Made by a program: the position numbers and the translations under genes. A stretch of DNA of 64,000 nt from Lachnospiraceae bacterium (GTDB lineage Bacteria; Bacillota; Clostridia; Lachnospirales; Lachnospiraceae): positions 19,975-83,974 of the forward strand of contig JAFZKG010000112.1 of the NCBI GenBank assembly GCA_017553695.1. The letters are read 5' to 3'. The notes beneath the pieces are model-generated. The model was given only the letters and a program-made list of their open reading frames with translations. It had not been told where the DNA came from and ran no database searches. Shown piece by piece: positions 1 through 10,130 of the stretch; the stretch's first letter is position 1, and each line of letters starts with the position of its first letter.

Positions 1-1
1 C

Positions 2-181
2 GTCCGGTATCATATATCAGATGATACGCTGGAGCGGATACGGAAACGGGTCGGTGCGCTGCGCCGTGAGATCGAGACCAGTGATGCAACGCTTCTGTTC
101 ATCCGAACTTTTGAAAATGGAAATAACAGCAAAAATATTATAGACGATTGGAAAAAAGACTATCATGAAAGAATTAGCTAA
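2..181 (+). CDS. possible 3' end of an upstream CDS (partial, unknown function)
   Basis: Frame 2 is open from the window edge for 59 codons (..VRYHISDDTLERIRKRVGALRREIETSDATLLFIRTFENG..HERIS*). The stop TAA at 179-181 overlaps the valS start by 17 nt. No family recognised. Confidence 0.3.
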   Translation, partial: VRYHISDDTLERIRKRVGALRREIETSDATLLFIRTFENGNNSKNIIDDWKKDYHERIS

Positions 182-2828
182 AACGTATAATCCAAAGGAA
201 ATCGAGCAGCCGATCTATGACCGTTGGGAAGAAAAAAAGTACTTCCATGCGGAAGTGGACGAGAGCAAGAAGCCGTTCACGATCATCATGCCACCGCCGA
301 ATATCACCGGGCAGCTGCATATGGGGCACGCCCTGAATAATACGCTTCAGGATATCGTGATCCGGCAGAAGCGGATGCAGGGCTACAACGCGCTGTGGCA
401 GCCGGGCTGCGATCATGCCAGTATCGCGACGGAAGTCAAGATCATTGAGACCCTGAAAAAAGAAGGGATCCACAAGGAAGATCTGGGCAGGGAAGGCTTT
501 TTAAAGCGCGCCTGGGAGTGGAAAGAAGAATACGGCGGACGGATCGTCAACCAGTTGAAGAAATTAGGCAGCAGCGCTGACTGGGACAGAGAGCGCTTCA
601 CGATGGATGAAGGCGTTTCAAATGCTGTTCTGGAAGTGTTTGTAAAAATGTATGAGAAGGGCTGGATCTACAAGGGGACCAAGATCATCAACTGGTGCCC
701 GAAATGCCAGACCTCAGTCAGTGACGCAGAGGTAGAGCACAGGGATACGGCCGGAAAATTCTGGCATATCAATTATCCGATCAAGGGCGAGGATGATTTC
801 ATTGAGATCGCAACGACGCGTCCGGAGACCATGCTGGGCGACACGGCCGTGATCGTGCATCCGGAGGATCCGCGTTATCAGAAATATATCGGAAAGACCT
901 GCATCCTGCCGTTAGTCGGCAGAGAAATGCCGATCATCGCCGACCCGTATATCGATCTGGAAGTGGGAACCGGCGCCATGAAAGTCACGCCGGCACATGA
1001 CCCGAACGACTTTGAACTGGGCAAACGCTATGGCCTGGAAGAAATCTGCGTATTTACTGATGACGGCTATATCAACGAGAACGGCGGCAAGTATCAGGGA
1101 CTTTCCACCATGGAATGCCGCGACCGCATCGTCGAAGATCTTGAGAAGGAAGGCCTTTTAGTCAAGGTCATCGATCATGAGCATTCAGTCGGTTATCATG
1201 ACCGTTGCTCCACGATCATCGAGCCGATGATCAAGGAACAGTGGTTTGTCAAGATGGACGAACTGATCAAGCCGGCGAATAAGGCTGTGGATGAAGGCGA
1301 AGTCCGCCTGATCCCTGCCCGCATGAGCAAACTGTATCACAACTGGACAGATAACATCCGTGACTGGTGCATTTCCCGGCAGCTCTGGTGGGGACACCGG
1401 ATTCCGGCTTATTACTGTGAGGATTGCGGCGAGATGGTCGTCTCGAAGACAGCTCCAACCGAATGCCCAAAATGCCACGGCACCTCCTTCCATCAGGATG
1501 AGGATTGCCTGGATACCTGGTTTTCATCCGCTCTGTGGCCATTCAGCACACTGGGCTGGCCGGAGCAGACAGAGGATCTGAAATATTTCTATCCGACCAA
1601 TCTTCTGATCACCGGATACGACATCATTTTCTTCTGGGTCATCCGTATGATCTTCTCCGGCTATGAGCAGATGGGGGACCGTCCGTTTGACGCTGTTCTG
1701 TTCACTGGCCTTGTCCGTGATGATCAGGGCAGAAAGATGAGCAAGTCACTGGGCAACGGCATCGATCCTCTGGAAGTGATCGACCAGTACGGTGCCGATG
1801 CGCTCCGCTTCACACTGGCGACCGGAAACTCACCGGGGAATGACATGCGTTTCTATATGGAACGTGTGGAATCCAACCGGAATTTTGCAAATAAGATCTG
1901 GAACGCTTCCCGCTTCATTCTGATGAACATGCCGGAAGAAGGGATTCATGATTTTGACAGAGCGCTCCTGACGGATGCGGATAAATGGATCCTTTCCAAG
2001 GTCAACCGCCTGTCGAAAGAGGTCACGGAGAATCTGGACAAGTATGAGATCGGTGTTGCGGCAGATAAGTTGTATGAGTTCATTTGGGAGGAATTCTGCG
2101 ACTGGTACATCGAGATGGTGAAGCCGCGTCTCTATGATGAAACAGACGAGGGGAAAGATTCGAAAAAGGCAGCATTGTATACACTGCAGAAAGTTTTGAT
2201 CACATCCCTGAAACTTCTGCATCCGTATATGCCATTCGTGACCGAGGAGATCTATACGACAATCCGCGAATATGTGGAAGAAGAAAATCCGGAAGAGTCC
2301 ATCATGATCTCGAAATGGCCGGAATACGATCCGGAACTGGAGTTTGCCGAGTCCGAGGAAGAGATCGAACTGATCAAGGAAGCTGTCCGCGCGATCCGGA
2401 ACGGCCGCACCGAGATGAATGTCCCGCTTGGCAAGAAATCCCACGTGTTTGTGGTCAGCCAGTCGGAAAAGATCCGGAAGATCTTTGAAAAAGGAGAAGT
2501 CTTCTTCAGCGTGCTGGCAAAGGCTAGCGAGGTGCATGTGCAGGCAGATCATGAGGGCATCAAGGACGATGCCATGAGTGTCTCTCTGGCAGAAGTAACC
2601 TGTTATGTGCCGTTGGAGGATCTGATCGATAAAGACAAGGAAAGAGAACGTCTCCTGGCTGAGCAGAAGCGTCTGGAAGGAGAACTGAAACGTGTGGACG
2701 GGATGCTGTCCAATCCGAACTTCGTCAATAAGGCGCCGGAAGCCAAGATCAATGCCGAAAAGGAAAAGAAAGAGAAGTATTCCCGCATGATGGAACAGGT
2801 CACTGCGCAGCTTGCCAAGTTAGGTTAA
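165..2828 (+). CDS. valS: valine--tRNA ligase
   Basis: 887 aa. Class I HIGH motif 'PNITGQLHMGHAL' and KMSKS motif 'GRKMSKSLGNG'. C-terminal coiled-coil typical of ValRS. Confidence 0.97.
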   Translation: MKELAKTYNPKEIEQPIYDRWEEKKYFHAEVDESKKPFTIIMPPPNITGQLHMGHALNNTLQDIVIRQKRMQGYNALWQPGCDHASIATEVKIIETLKKEGIHKEDLGREGFLKRAWEWKEEYGGRIVNQLKKLGSSADWDRERFTMDEGVSNAVLEVFVKMYEKGWIYKGTKIINWCPKCQTSVSDAEVEHRDTAGKFWHINYPIKGEDDFIEIATTRPETMLGDTAVIVHPEDPRYQKYIGKTCILPLVGREMPIIADPYIDLEVGTGAMKVTPAHDPNDFELGKRYGLEEICVFTDDGYINENGGKYQGLSTMECRDRIVEDLEKEGLLVKVIDHEHSVGYHDRCSTIIEPMIKEQWFVKMDELIKPANKAVDEGEVRLIPARMSKLYHNWTDNIRDWCISRQLWWGHRIPAYYCEDCGEMVVSKTAPTECPKCHGTSFHQDEDCLDTWFSSALWPFSTLGWPEQTEDLKYFYPTNLLITGYDIIFFWVIRMIFSGYEQMGDRPFDAVLFTGLVRDDQGRKMSKSLGNGIDPLEVIDQYGADALRFTLATGNSPGNDMRFYMERVESNRNFANKIWNASRFILMNMPEEGIHDFDRALLTDADKWILSKVNRLSKEVTENLDKYEIGVAADKLYEFIWEEFCDWYIEMVKPRLYDETDEGKDSKKAALYTLQKVLITSLKLLHPYMPFVTEEIYTTIREYVEEENPEESIMISKWPEYDPELEFAESEEEIELIKEAVRAIRNGRTEMNVPLGKKSHVFVVSQSEKIRKIFEKGEVFFSVLAKASEVHVQADHEGIKDDAMSVSLAEVTCYVPLEDLIDKDKERERLLAEQKRLEGELKRVDGMLSNPNFVNKAPEAKINAEKEKKEKYSRMMEQVTAQLAKLG

Positions 2829-3493
2829 AGCCCATAGGAAATGATCTTCTGATCTTTTTTGAGGAAACGAATGCCGCCGAGGTCTTCTGTAACAGCAGAA
2901 GCCGCGGTGGCTTCTTTTATGAGTTCCGTGATCATCGGGACTTTTTCCTCTTCTACTGCGAGAGTGAAGAGGATATCTTCTTTATAAGTGACGTGCATCG
3001 GATGGATGTCATTCTGAGCCAGCAGATACTGGATCTTTCCCAGAAAACTGTAATTGCATCGGACGGATAATTTCCGGCCGGAATAAAGCGGGGAGATGAC
3101 CCCGTCTTCTTTTGCTTTCTCCACAGCCAGAGCGGCGGCCTGTCCATAGGCGCGCGCAAGAGGCCCGGCGCCGAGCAGTATCCCGCCAAAGTACCGGGTG
3201 ACCACAATGACGCAATCCCTCAGGCCGCTGTTCTGCAGGACTTCCAGGATCGGCCTGCCTGCAGTGCCGGATGGTTCCCCGTCATCCGAAAAACGGAACA
3301 GGTCCGCATTTTCTCCAACAAGGTACGCATAGCAGTTATGCCGCGCGTCATGGTACTGCTTCCGGACCGTCTCTATGTAATTCAGTGCCTCGTCTTCCGA
3401 GCGGACGCTGTGGATCGCTGCGATAAAACGGGATCGTTTTTCTGTCAGTTCCGCAGAAACATCCCCGGTGACGACCAGCTTTTCCTCACTCAT
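2825..3493 (-). CDS. YigZ / IMPACT (UPF0029) family protein
   Basis: 222 aa. 'KRSRFIAAIHSV..HNCYAYLVG..FSDDGEPSGTAGRPIL' matches the YigZ N-terminal domain pattern. Convergent with valS and shares the TTAA stop overlap. Confidence 0.85.
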   Translation of the reverse strand: MSEEKLVVTGDVSAELTEKRSRFIAAIHSVRSEDEALNYIETVRKQYHDARHNCYAYLVGENADLFRFSDDGEPSGTAGRPILEVLQNSGLRDCVIVVTRYFGGILLGAGPLARAYGQAAALAVEKAKEDGVISPLYSGRKLSVRCNYSFLGKIQYLLAQNDIHPMHVTYKEDILFTLAVEEEKVPMITELIKEATAASAVTEDLGGIRFLKKDQKIISYGL

Positions 3494-3588
3494 CGGTTCA
3501 CAGAATCATCACATAATCGTCAAGAAATTTCGCTATCATCATATCATCTTTTTGTAACAAACGTAACAAAAACGTAAGATATGATTTT

Positions 3589-3617
3589 TTGACATTCATA
3601 GTGCGTTGATGTATAAT
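3589..3617 (+). promoter_or_regulatory. sigma-A-type promoter for the PBP gene
   Basis: TTGACA (3589-3594), 17-nt spacer, TATAAT (3612-3617), about 85 nt upstream of the ATG at 3704. Confidence 0.6.
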
Positions 3618-3703
3618 TTTTTATCGTATATGCCAATTTACGAGTTTTTTGCATACCGAGAAAATCGCTTCCAAAGGGAACGTGACATAAAAGAGGATAT
3701 AAT

Positions 3704-6394
3704 ATGAAACTGAATTCGGATGAAGTAAAGGAAAAACAAAAAAACCTTTCATCGAAGAAGAAAAAGAAGAAAACCAGTATCGTCGTACGGATCATCCGAT
3801 GGATCCTTCTGACCATCCTTTCAGTGATCTGTATTGCAGCCTGCCTGGTATTGGGCATGGTCGTCGGCATCGCAAAATCGACGCAGCCTCTGGAAGAGAT
3901 CCAGGTTGCCCCGACACAGTATCCGACCACCATCCTGGATGCCAACGGGAATGAGATCCTGAAGCTTTCTGCAGCCAGCGCAAAGCGTATTGAGGCATCT
4001 CTGGACGAGATCCCAGATACGCTGAAATGGGCGTTCATCGATCTGGAAGATGAACGTTTCTATTCCCATCACGGCATCGATTTAAAAGGTATCGCGCGAG
4101 CTGCTTATCAGACCCTTAAAGAAGGCGATACCCAGGGTGCATCCACCATTACACAGCAGCTGCTCAAAAACAACGTATTTGAGACAGGTGGTTTTGAACG
4201 GAGCAAAGGTTCTTTGATCCGACGGAAGATTCAGGAACAGATCCTGGCTCTCGGTCTGGAAAAAGAGATGAGCAAGGATGAGATCCTGATCAATTACCTG
4301 AATACGATCAACCTTGGCGGCGGTAATTACGGCGTCAAGATGGCTGCAAAATATTATTTTAATAAAGAAGTCAACCAGTTGTCAGTTGCGGAGTGCGCAG
4401 TCATTGCGGCTATCACGCAGAATCCGTCCGGCAATAACCCTGCCCGTTATCCGGAGAAAAACAGACGGAGAATGGAGGTCGCCCTGCAATATATGTTAAA
4501 GAATGGACATATCACGCAGAGCCAGTATGACGAAGCCATGGCAGAGGATGTATATGCCGGCGTATCAGAAAATGCGGCATCTAATGGCAATCCACTGTAC
4601 TCCTATTTTGTGGATTCCCTGGTTGATTCCCTGATCCAGGATCTGCAGAAGAAGGCAGGTTATACCTATGCACACGCTTATAACCTGGTTTATACCGGTG
4701 GCCTGACTGTCTATGCAACTCAGGATCCGGCTATCCAGGCAATCGTGGATTATGAGGTGAATAACACCGATAACTATCCGGGATATGACACCTACGGCAT
4801 CAGCTGGGATCTGACGATCCAGCGTGCGGATGGGACAAACGAATATTTCAACCAGAGATCCATTGTCCGCTGGATGGAAGATGTGGTACAGAATTACAAC
4901 TTCTATGACGGAACACTGGAGCGCTGGACATATAAGAATAATTATTATTCCCATGAAGAGGCAGATGAGGTCATCGCGCAGTTCAAGGAATATATCTCCA
5001 AACCGGGCGATAAGATCACCTTTGAGAGTCTGTTCTACACACTGCAGCCTCAGGTCTCCTTCACGATCATGGATTATACGAACGGCCATGTGCTTGCAAT
5101 CTGCGGCGGACGTGGTGAAAAGACGCAGAACCTGACGCTGAACAGAGCAGTCGATACGACCAGACAGCCGGGATCCTGCTTCAAAGTCCTTGCAGCATAT
5201 GCACCGGCAATTGACGCGGCCGGTTATACACTGGCGACTGCGATCGATGACTCTCCGTTCCATTACGGCGGATCCATCAATCGTGACGTACATAACTGGT
5301 GGGGTGATTCCTACCGCGGATTGAGCACGGTTCGTGAAGGAATCCGTGATTCCATGAACGTCCTTGCAGTCAAGACCTTATATGATATCGGAGAAGATCT
5401 CTCTATCCAGTATCTGCTGAACTTCGGATTCACAACGATCGACCCTGTCATGGATGCCGGCGTTGCAACTGCACTCGGTGGTATTACAAACGGCATCACG
5501 AACCTGGAGATCACGGCTGCATACGGCACCATCGCCAACAAGGGAGTTTATACCGAACCGATCCTGTATACCAAGATCGTAGATATGGACGGAACCGTCA
5601 TTCTGGATAATCAGCCGGAGACACATACTGTTTTGAAAGAGAGTACGGCAAGCCTTCTGACGAGCGCAATGCTGGACGTTGTCAATGGCGGTACCGGATC
5701 CGCAGGCGCGATCTGGAACGCCCCGGTTGCAGGCAAGACGGGAACCACATCAGATGATAAGGACCTCTGGTTCTGCGCATTCGTTCCGAACGGACTGGTT
5801 GCAGCAATCTGGACCGGATATGATGAGAACGTCTCCATTACCTGGGGTGGTGTTTATCATGAATACCTGTGGGCAACCATCATGAATCAGGTAGTTGAAC
5901 TGACCGGAAGAGAAGGCGGATGGTTCGAGATGACCGGCGGTATTGTACAGGCAACAGTCTGCAAGAAGTCCGGCAAGATCCCGAACGGGTCCTGTGGTGG
6001 AGATGCAGGCTGCGTCATTACAGAATACTTCGCGGAGGGTACCGTCCCGAGTGCATCCTGTGATGTGCATACGACCTGTCGGGTCTGCAAGGAAACCAAA
6101 CTTCTTCCGACGGAGTATTGTCCGGAGGTCACCGACATGGTCTGCCGGGTGCGGCCGCTGGATGTTACCGGAAGCGCTCCGAAAGGAGAGACAGCGGACT
6201 CCAAGCTGGCACCTCCGACAGAGAAGTGTAATGTCCATACAGCAGAATGGGAGTCCAAGAGGATCGCAGAATCCCTGAGAGAGGAAGAAGAATCCCGGAA
6301 AGAAGAAGAGTCCCGAAGAAAGGAAGAGGAGGAATCCCGCAAGAAAGAAGAGGAATCCAAGAAAAAAGAAGAGTCGGAGGATGAAGACGACTGA
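3704..6394 (+). CDS. class A penicillin-binding protein (bifunctional glycosyltransferase GT51 / transpeptidase) with Cys-rich and acidic C-terminal extension
   Basis: 896 aa. Lys-rich N-terminus followed by a TM segment. GT51 motifs 'EDERFYSHHGID' and 'GASTITQQL'. Transpeptidase 'SCFK' (SxxK) and 'KTGTT' (KTG). RBS AAGAGGA. Confidence 0.93.
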   Translation: MKLNSDEVKEKQKNLSSKKKKKKTSIVVRIIRWILLTILSVICIAACLVLGMVVGIAKSTQPLEEIQVAPTQYPTTILDANGNEILKLSAASAKRIEASLDEIPDTLKWAFIDLEDERFYSHHGIDLKGIARAAYQTLKEGDTQGASTITQQLLKNNVFETGGFERSKGSLIRRKIQEQILALGLEKEMSKDEILINYLNTINLGGGNYGVKMAAKYYFNKEVNQLSVAECAVIAAITQNPSGNNPARYPEKNRRRMEVALQYMLKNGHITQSQYDEAMAEDVYAGVSENAASNGNPLYSYFVDSLVDSLIQDLQKKAGYTYAHAYNLVYTGGLTVYATQDPAIQAIVDYEVNNTDNYPGYDTYGISWDLTIQRADGTNEYFNQRSIVRWMEDVVQNYNFYDGTLERWTYKNNYYSHEEADEVIAQFKEYISKPGDKITFESLFYTLQPQVSFTIMDYTNGHVLAICGGRGEKTQNLTLNRAVDTTRQPGSCFKVLAAYAPAIDAAGYTLATAIDDSPFHYGGSINRDVHNWWGDSYRGLSTVREGIRDSMNVLAVKTLYDIGEDLSIQYLLNFGFTTIDPVMDAGVATALGGITNGITNLEITAAYGTIANKGVYTEPILYTKIVDMDGTVILDNQPETHTVLKESTASLLTSAMLDVVNGGTGSAGAIWNAPVAGKTGTTSDDKDLWFCAFVPNGLVAAIWTGYDENVSITWGGVYHEYLWATIMNQVVELTGREGGWFEMTGGIVQATVCKKSGKIPNGSCGGDAGCVITEYFAEGTVPSASCDVHTTCRVCKETKLLPTEYCPEVTDMVCRVRPLDVTGSAPKGETADSKLAPPTEKCNVHTAEWESKRIAESLREEEESRKEEESRRKEEEESRKKEEESKKKEESEDEDD
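6266..6391 (+). repeat. in-frame low-complexity E/S/R/K repeat encoding the PBP C-terminal tail
   Basis: Reiterated GAAGA(A/G)..TCCCG units encode 'EEEESRKEEESRRKEEEESRKKEEESKKKEESEDEDD'. Confidence 0.7.
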
Positions 6395-6496
6395 CAGCAG
6401 GGTTCCGTATCATAAAAAGGAAGCAAAGAAGCTAACCATTCATACAGGCGCACCCCCAAACGGTGCGCCTGAACAATAAAAAAACAGGAGGCAGAT

Positions 6497-7396
6497 ATGG
6501 CAATATTCAAAGGCGCAGGTGTGGCAATGGTTACACCGATGAAAGAAAACGAAGATATCAACTTTGAAAAGATCGAGGAGCTGGTGGAGTTCCACATCAA
6601 CAACGGAACTGACGCGATCATTGTCTGCGGAACGACCGGCGAGCCGTCCACACAGGATGTGGATGAGCATATGGAGGCGATTGGATGCGCAGTCAATGCA
6701 GCCAAAAAACGAATCCCGATCATTGCAGGATGTGGGTCCAACAACACACGTACATCTGAATATACAAGCACTACCTCCCAGAAATTAGGGGCTGACGCAC
6801 TTCTGATGGTTACCCCGTATTACAACAAATGCACGCAGAAAGGTTTGTATGAGCATTTTGTCCGTCTGGCAAAAGGCGTAGATCTTCCGATCATCTTATA
6901 TAATGTTCCGAGCAGAACCGGCGTGAATATGCTTCCGGAAACCGCTGTGAAGCTGGGCAGGGATTGCGAGAATATCGTAGCCATCAAAGAAGCCAGCGGT
7001 AATATTTCCCAGATCGGTCAGCTGGCAGCCATGTTGCAGGATGAGCCGGTTTTGGACATTTATTCTGGCAATGATGATCAGATCGCGCCGATCCTGGCGC
7101 TTGGCGGCATTGGCGTTATCTCGGTTCTGAGCAATGTGGCGCCGCAGCAGACCCATGACATGGTACAGGCATTCTTTGATGGCGATATCGCAAAATGTAC
7201 CCGCATGCAGCTGGAGGCAATGGATCTGATCGGTGCGTTGTTCTGCGAAGTCAACCCGATCCCGGTCAAGACCGCCATGAATCTCATGGGCATGGAAGTC
7301 GGACCGCTCCGCAGCCCGCTGTGCAGCATGGATCCGAAGAATGAGGAACGCCTCCGCAAGGCACTCACAGACTACGGCATTCAGCTGGTGAAATAA
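6497..7396 (+). CDS. dapA: 4-hydroxy-tetrahydrodipicolinate synthase
   Basis: 299 aa. 'GAGVAMVTPM', 'VCGTTGE', 'YNVPSRTG' and 'IVAIKEASG' (Schiff-base Lys region). RBS AGGAGG. Confidence 0.95.
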   Translation: MAIFKGAGVAMVTPMKENEDINFEKIEELVEFHINNGTDAIIVCGTTGEPSTQDVDEHMEAIGCAVNAAKKRIPIIAGCGSNNTRTSEYTSTTSQKLGADALLMVTPYYNKCTQKGLYEHFVRLAKGVDLPIILYNVPSRTGVNMLPETAVKLGRDCENIVAIKEASGNISQIGQLAAMLQDEPVLDIYSGNDDQIAPILALGGIGVISVLSNVAPQQTHDMVQAFFDGDIAKCTRMQLEAMDLIGALFCEVNPIPVKTAMNLMGMEVGPLRSPLCSMDPKNEERLRKALTDYGIQLVK

Positions 7397-7409
7397 CAGG
7401 AGTAATGAC

Positions 7410-8171
7410 ATGGTTAATGTATTGATTCACGGATGCAACGGAAGAATGGGCAACATGGTCAGTTCTCTTTCGGCAGATTATGAAGAGATCACGATCGTTG
7501 CCGGAGTTGACCGGCCGGATACGCCGGATGGCGGCAAATCCTATCCGATCTACGAAAGCCTGGATGCAGTCAAAGAAAAAGCAGATGTGATCATTGATAT
7601 TTCCACGGCATCTGCACTGGACGGACTCTTCCGGTATATCCGGGAGACAAAGACCGCAGCCGTCATCTGTACCACAGGTCTGAGCGAAGAGCAGGAAACA
7701 GAGATCTTAGAACTCTCCAAGGAAGTTCCAATCCTGCGCTCCGGGAATATGTCCATGGGGATCAACACGCTGCTCAAAGTGCTGGAGATGATCAGCGGTC
7801 CTCTTACCCGCGCCGGCTTTGATGTGGAGATCGTGGAGAAACATCATAAGACAAAAATCGACGCCCCAAGCGGAACGGCTGTCATGCTGGCAGATGCCGT
7901 GAAAGAAGGCACAGAAACGGCGTACGATTATGTATACGGCCGGAAAGAACGCCGGATGGTGCGTCCGAAAGAGGAGATTGGTATCAGTTCTGTCCGAGGT
8001 GGAACGATCGTCGGAGAGCATGAAGTGATCTTTGCCGGTACCGATGAGATCATTGAGATCAAGCACACTGCACTCTCAAGAGCAGTGTTTGCAAATGGCG
8101 CCCTGAATGCAGCGGCCTTTCTCGCAAAGCAGAAACCGGGCCTGTATTCCATGTCAGACGTCATCGGATGA
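7410..8171 (+). CDS. dapB: 4-hydroxy-tetrahydrodipicolinate reductase
   Basis: 253 aa. N-terminal 'GCNGRMG' Rossmann motif and 'EKHHKTKIDAPSGTA' DapB signature. Directly follows dapA. Confidence 0.93.
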   Translation: MVNVLIHGCNGRMGNMVSSLSADYEEITIVAGVDRPDTPDGGKSYPIYESLDAVKEKADVIIDISTASALDGLFRYIRETKTAAVICTTGLSEEQETEILELSKEVPILRSGNMSMGINTLLKVLEMISGPLTRAGFDVEIVEKHHKTKIDAPSGTAVMLADAVKEGTETAYDYVYGRKERRMVRPKEEIGISSVRGGTIVGEHEVIFAGTDEIIEIKHTALSRAVFANGALNAAAFLAKQKPGLYSMSDVIG

Positions 8172-10130
8172 TCAGTCAATATTCGTTTTATAAAGCGTAA
8201 AGTCAGAGCCATCGCAGAGACAAACGAATTCGTCAGGAATCGAATCTGCCTTGGCTTTTACTGTATCAGAAGGGATCGCCACATAATCGATCCCCAGGAA
8301 ACGGACTTCTTTCATGACAGTGTCCGGCTGGAAACTTTTTGTCGTGTAAAGAGATTTATAGAGTGCTTTCAGACGGGTATACTCATATTTTGTCTGATAT
8401 TCCATGTAATTATTGGAGAGATAAACATAATAGATCAGGGCGATGTCTTTATACTGCCGCATCTCACGCGAGATGTCACGCGGCATAAGGATCACGCTTT
8501 CCTGCATAAGCATCCGGAGCTCAGCATCTGTCAGTTCCGGATCTTTTTCTGCAATGTCTTTCTCAATTGAATCGGCCATCAGTACCGTATCTGAAGATAC
8601 CTTATAAGTGTTATCGAAGACTTCTTTCACATCTTCATCTTTAAAAATGGAGTGACCGGAGATCAAAAGCACACAGCTCATAAATACGACCAACGCAGAT
8701 TGCAGAAGTTTTCTCGTCGGAAGCATGCACAGTTTCGTAAGGCCTGATGCAATTACGATATTTGCCTGCAGGAGCCAGAAGATGCGCCAGTAAACGCCGG
8801 CACCGGTGATGTAGCTCTCCACAAATGGCATCACAATCGGGTTGATGAATAATACGAGCAGAGCAGCAGTTGCGATCAGGAAGAAAAACTGCAGAGGGTC
8901 TTTCTTCTGGCCTTTCAGGCGGATCGCGAGGATCACAATAGCAAGGATCAGAAGAAGCGGTGCCAGATTCCAACCGAAATAGCGGGTGGCCAGTTCGTAG
9001 AAACTGCGCGCGTGAACGCCCGTGCCTTCGCTGAGTGACTGCAGGGAACCGGCGGAAAACAGCAGCCAGATCTTAAACAGCACGAATGGAAGAATGCCGG
9101 CTGCAGGGATCAGCAGTTTGAAAAACTCTTTCCATCGTCTGATCAGGATCAGGAATGCGATCGCATAGACCGCATACAGGACCGGCGCCAGATAAGTCCC
9201 AACAGTAGATGCCGCCTGGCTCGCCAGAAGAACGGCAAACAGATAGAAAATATTCCGGAGAGATACTTTCTTTGCTTTCAGGATCCGCAGGAAAACATAA
9301 AGAAGAAGCGGCAGGAACAGATTGACCAGAACCGCCTTGCCTTGCCAGATGCGAAGGATCAGAAAAGCACCGGAATCATAAGTGGACGGACCACAGACCA
9401 TGTTCATGAAAACAGCAAACAGCAGAAATATTGAAGTATGCTCTTTGCGGATCTCTTTGCCGACCAGATAGAGCACCAGATAATGCATCGGGATCAGGAA
9501 GGCCGGCAGGATGCTGTGACAAAGTATAGCCGGCTCGGCCAAAAACAATTTCGAAAGTGCAGCCAAAAAGACTTCCCAGCTTACCAGCAGATAGGTGGCA
9601 GGAAAAACGCTTCCCTCCATACCGCTGGCCGGAAGGGTATTCATCAGGACATTCCGGTTCAGAATGGTCACGCTTTCTCCAATATAAAAATTATCATCCA
9701 CGTTGTAGGATACATGCAGGATGACCATCGCTATCTGCCAGAGAATGAGGCAAAGCACAACGGCCCAGATCACAAACAGCCAGACATTTTCCTGTGCGAT
9801 CCTTTTCACACTGCGGAATAGATCCTCCAGGTCTTCTTTCAGCGGAAGCCTTTTGTTCAGGAAGGAAAGCAGGCAGTACGCGACGAAGATGGCGATCACA
9901 GCTGAAAGGAACAGCCAGTAGAGCGAGGTGAACGGCCACTCGTTGTACATGAACGGCAAGCTGATGAGATGGAAGAGACAGAGCAGGACACAGAAACCGG
10001 AAATGACCTTCGCCGCGATCCCATTCCGGGCATGAAAGAGCATATGAAGAAGATCCCCTGTTATGTAGCTGATCACAAGCAACACCACAGGAGTGATCCA
10101 GACAAGACTGCTCCAGAAAAATGTATCCAA
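8172..10130 (-). CDS. large polytopic membrane protein, GT-C-like (putative extracytoplasmic glycosyltransferase/polymerase)
   Basis: 652 aa. About a dozen hydrophobic segments over residues 1-480, then a ~170-aa soluble C-terminal domain. Acidic loop motif 'YNVDDNFYIGES'. Divergent from the fkbH-like operon. Confidence 0.55.
   Translation of the reverse strand: MDTFFWSSLVWITPVVLLVISYITGDLLHMLFHARNGIAAKVISGFCVLLCLFHLISLPFMYNEWPFTSLYWLFLSAVIAIFVAYCLLSFLNKRLPLKEDLEDLFRSVKRIAQENVWLFVIWAVVLCLILWQIAMVILHVSYNVDDNFYIGESVTILNRNVLMNTLPASGMEGSVFPATYLLVSWEVFLAALSKLFLAEPAILCHSILPAFLIPMHYLVLYLVGKEIRKEHTSIFLLFAVFMNMVCGPSTYDSGAFLILRIWQGKAVLVNLFLPLLLYVFLRILKAKKVSLRNIFYLFAVLLASQAASTVGTYLAPVLYAVYAIAFLILIRRWKEFFKLLIPAAGILPFVLFKIWLLFSAGSLQSLSEGTGVHARSFYELATRYFGWNLAPLLLILAIVILAIRLKGQKKDPLQFFFLIATAALLVLFINPIVMPFVESYITGAGVYWRIFWLLQANIVIASGLTKLCMLPTRKLLQSALVVFMSCVLLISGHSIFKDEDVKEVFDNTYKVSSDTVLMADSIEKDIAEKDPELTDAELRMLMQESVILMPRDISREMRQYKDIALIYYVYLSNNYMEYQTKYEYTRLKALYKSLYTTKSFQPDTVMKEVRFLGIDYVAIPSDTVKAKADSIPDEFVCLCDGSDFTLYKTNID

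Noticed and set aside
1-164. T-box leader upstream of valS
   Set aside because: I found no specifier, AGAGA/GNUGGNA or T-box (TGGTACCGCG-like) elements. The region is instead an open reading frame running in from the window edge.
6440-6470. GC-rich hairpin (AGGCGCACC / GGTGCGCCT) between the PBP gene and dapA, considered as a terminator or L-box remnant
   Set aside because: It is followed by an A-rich rather than a T-rich tract on the plus strand. None of the L-box conserved blocks is present. At most it is a weak terminator or stabilising hairpin.
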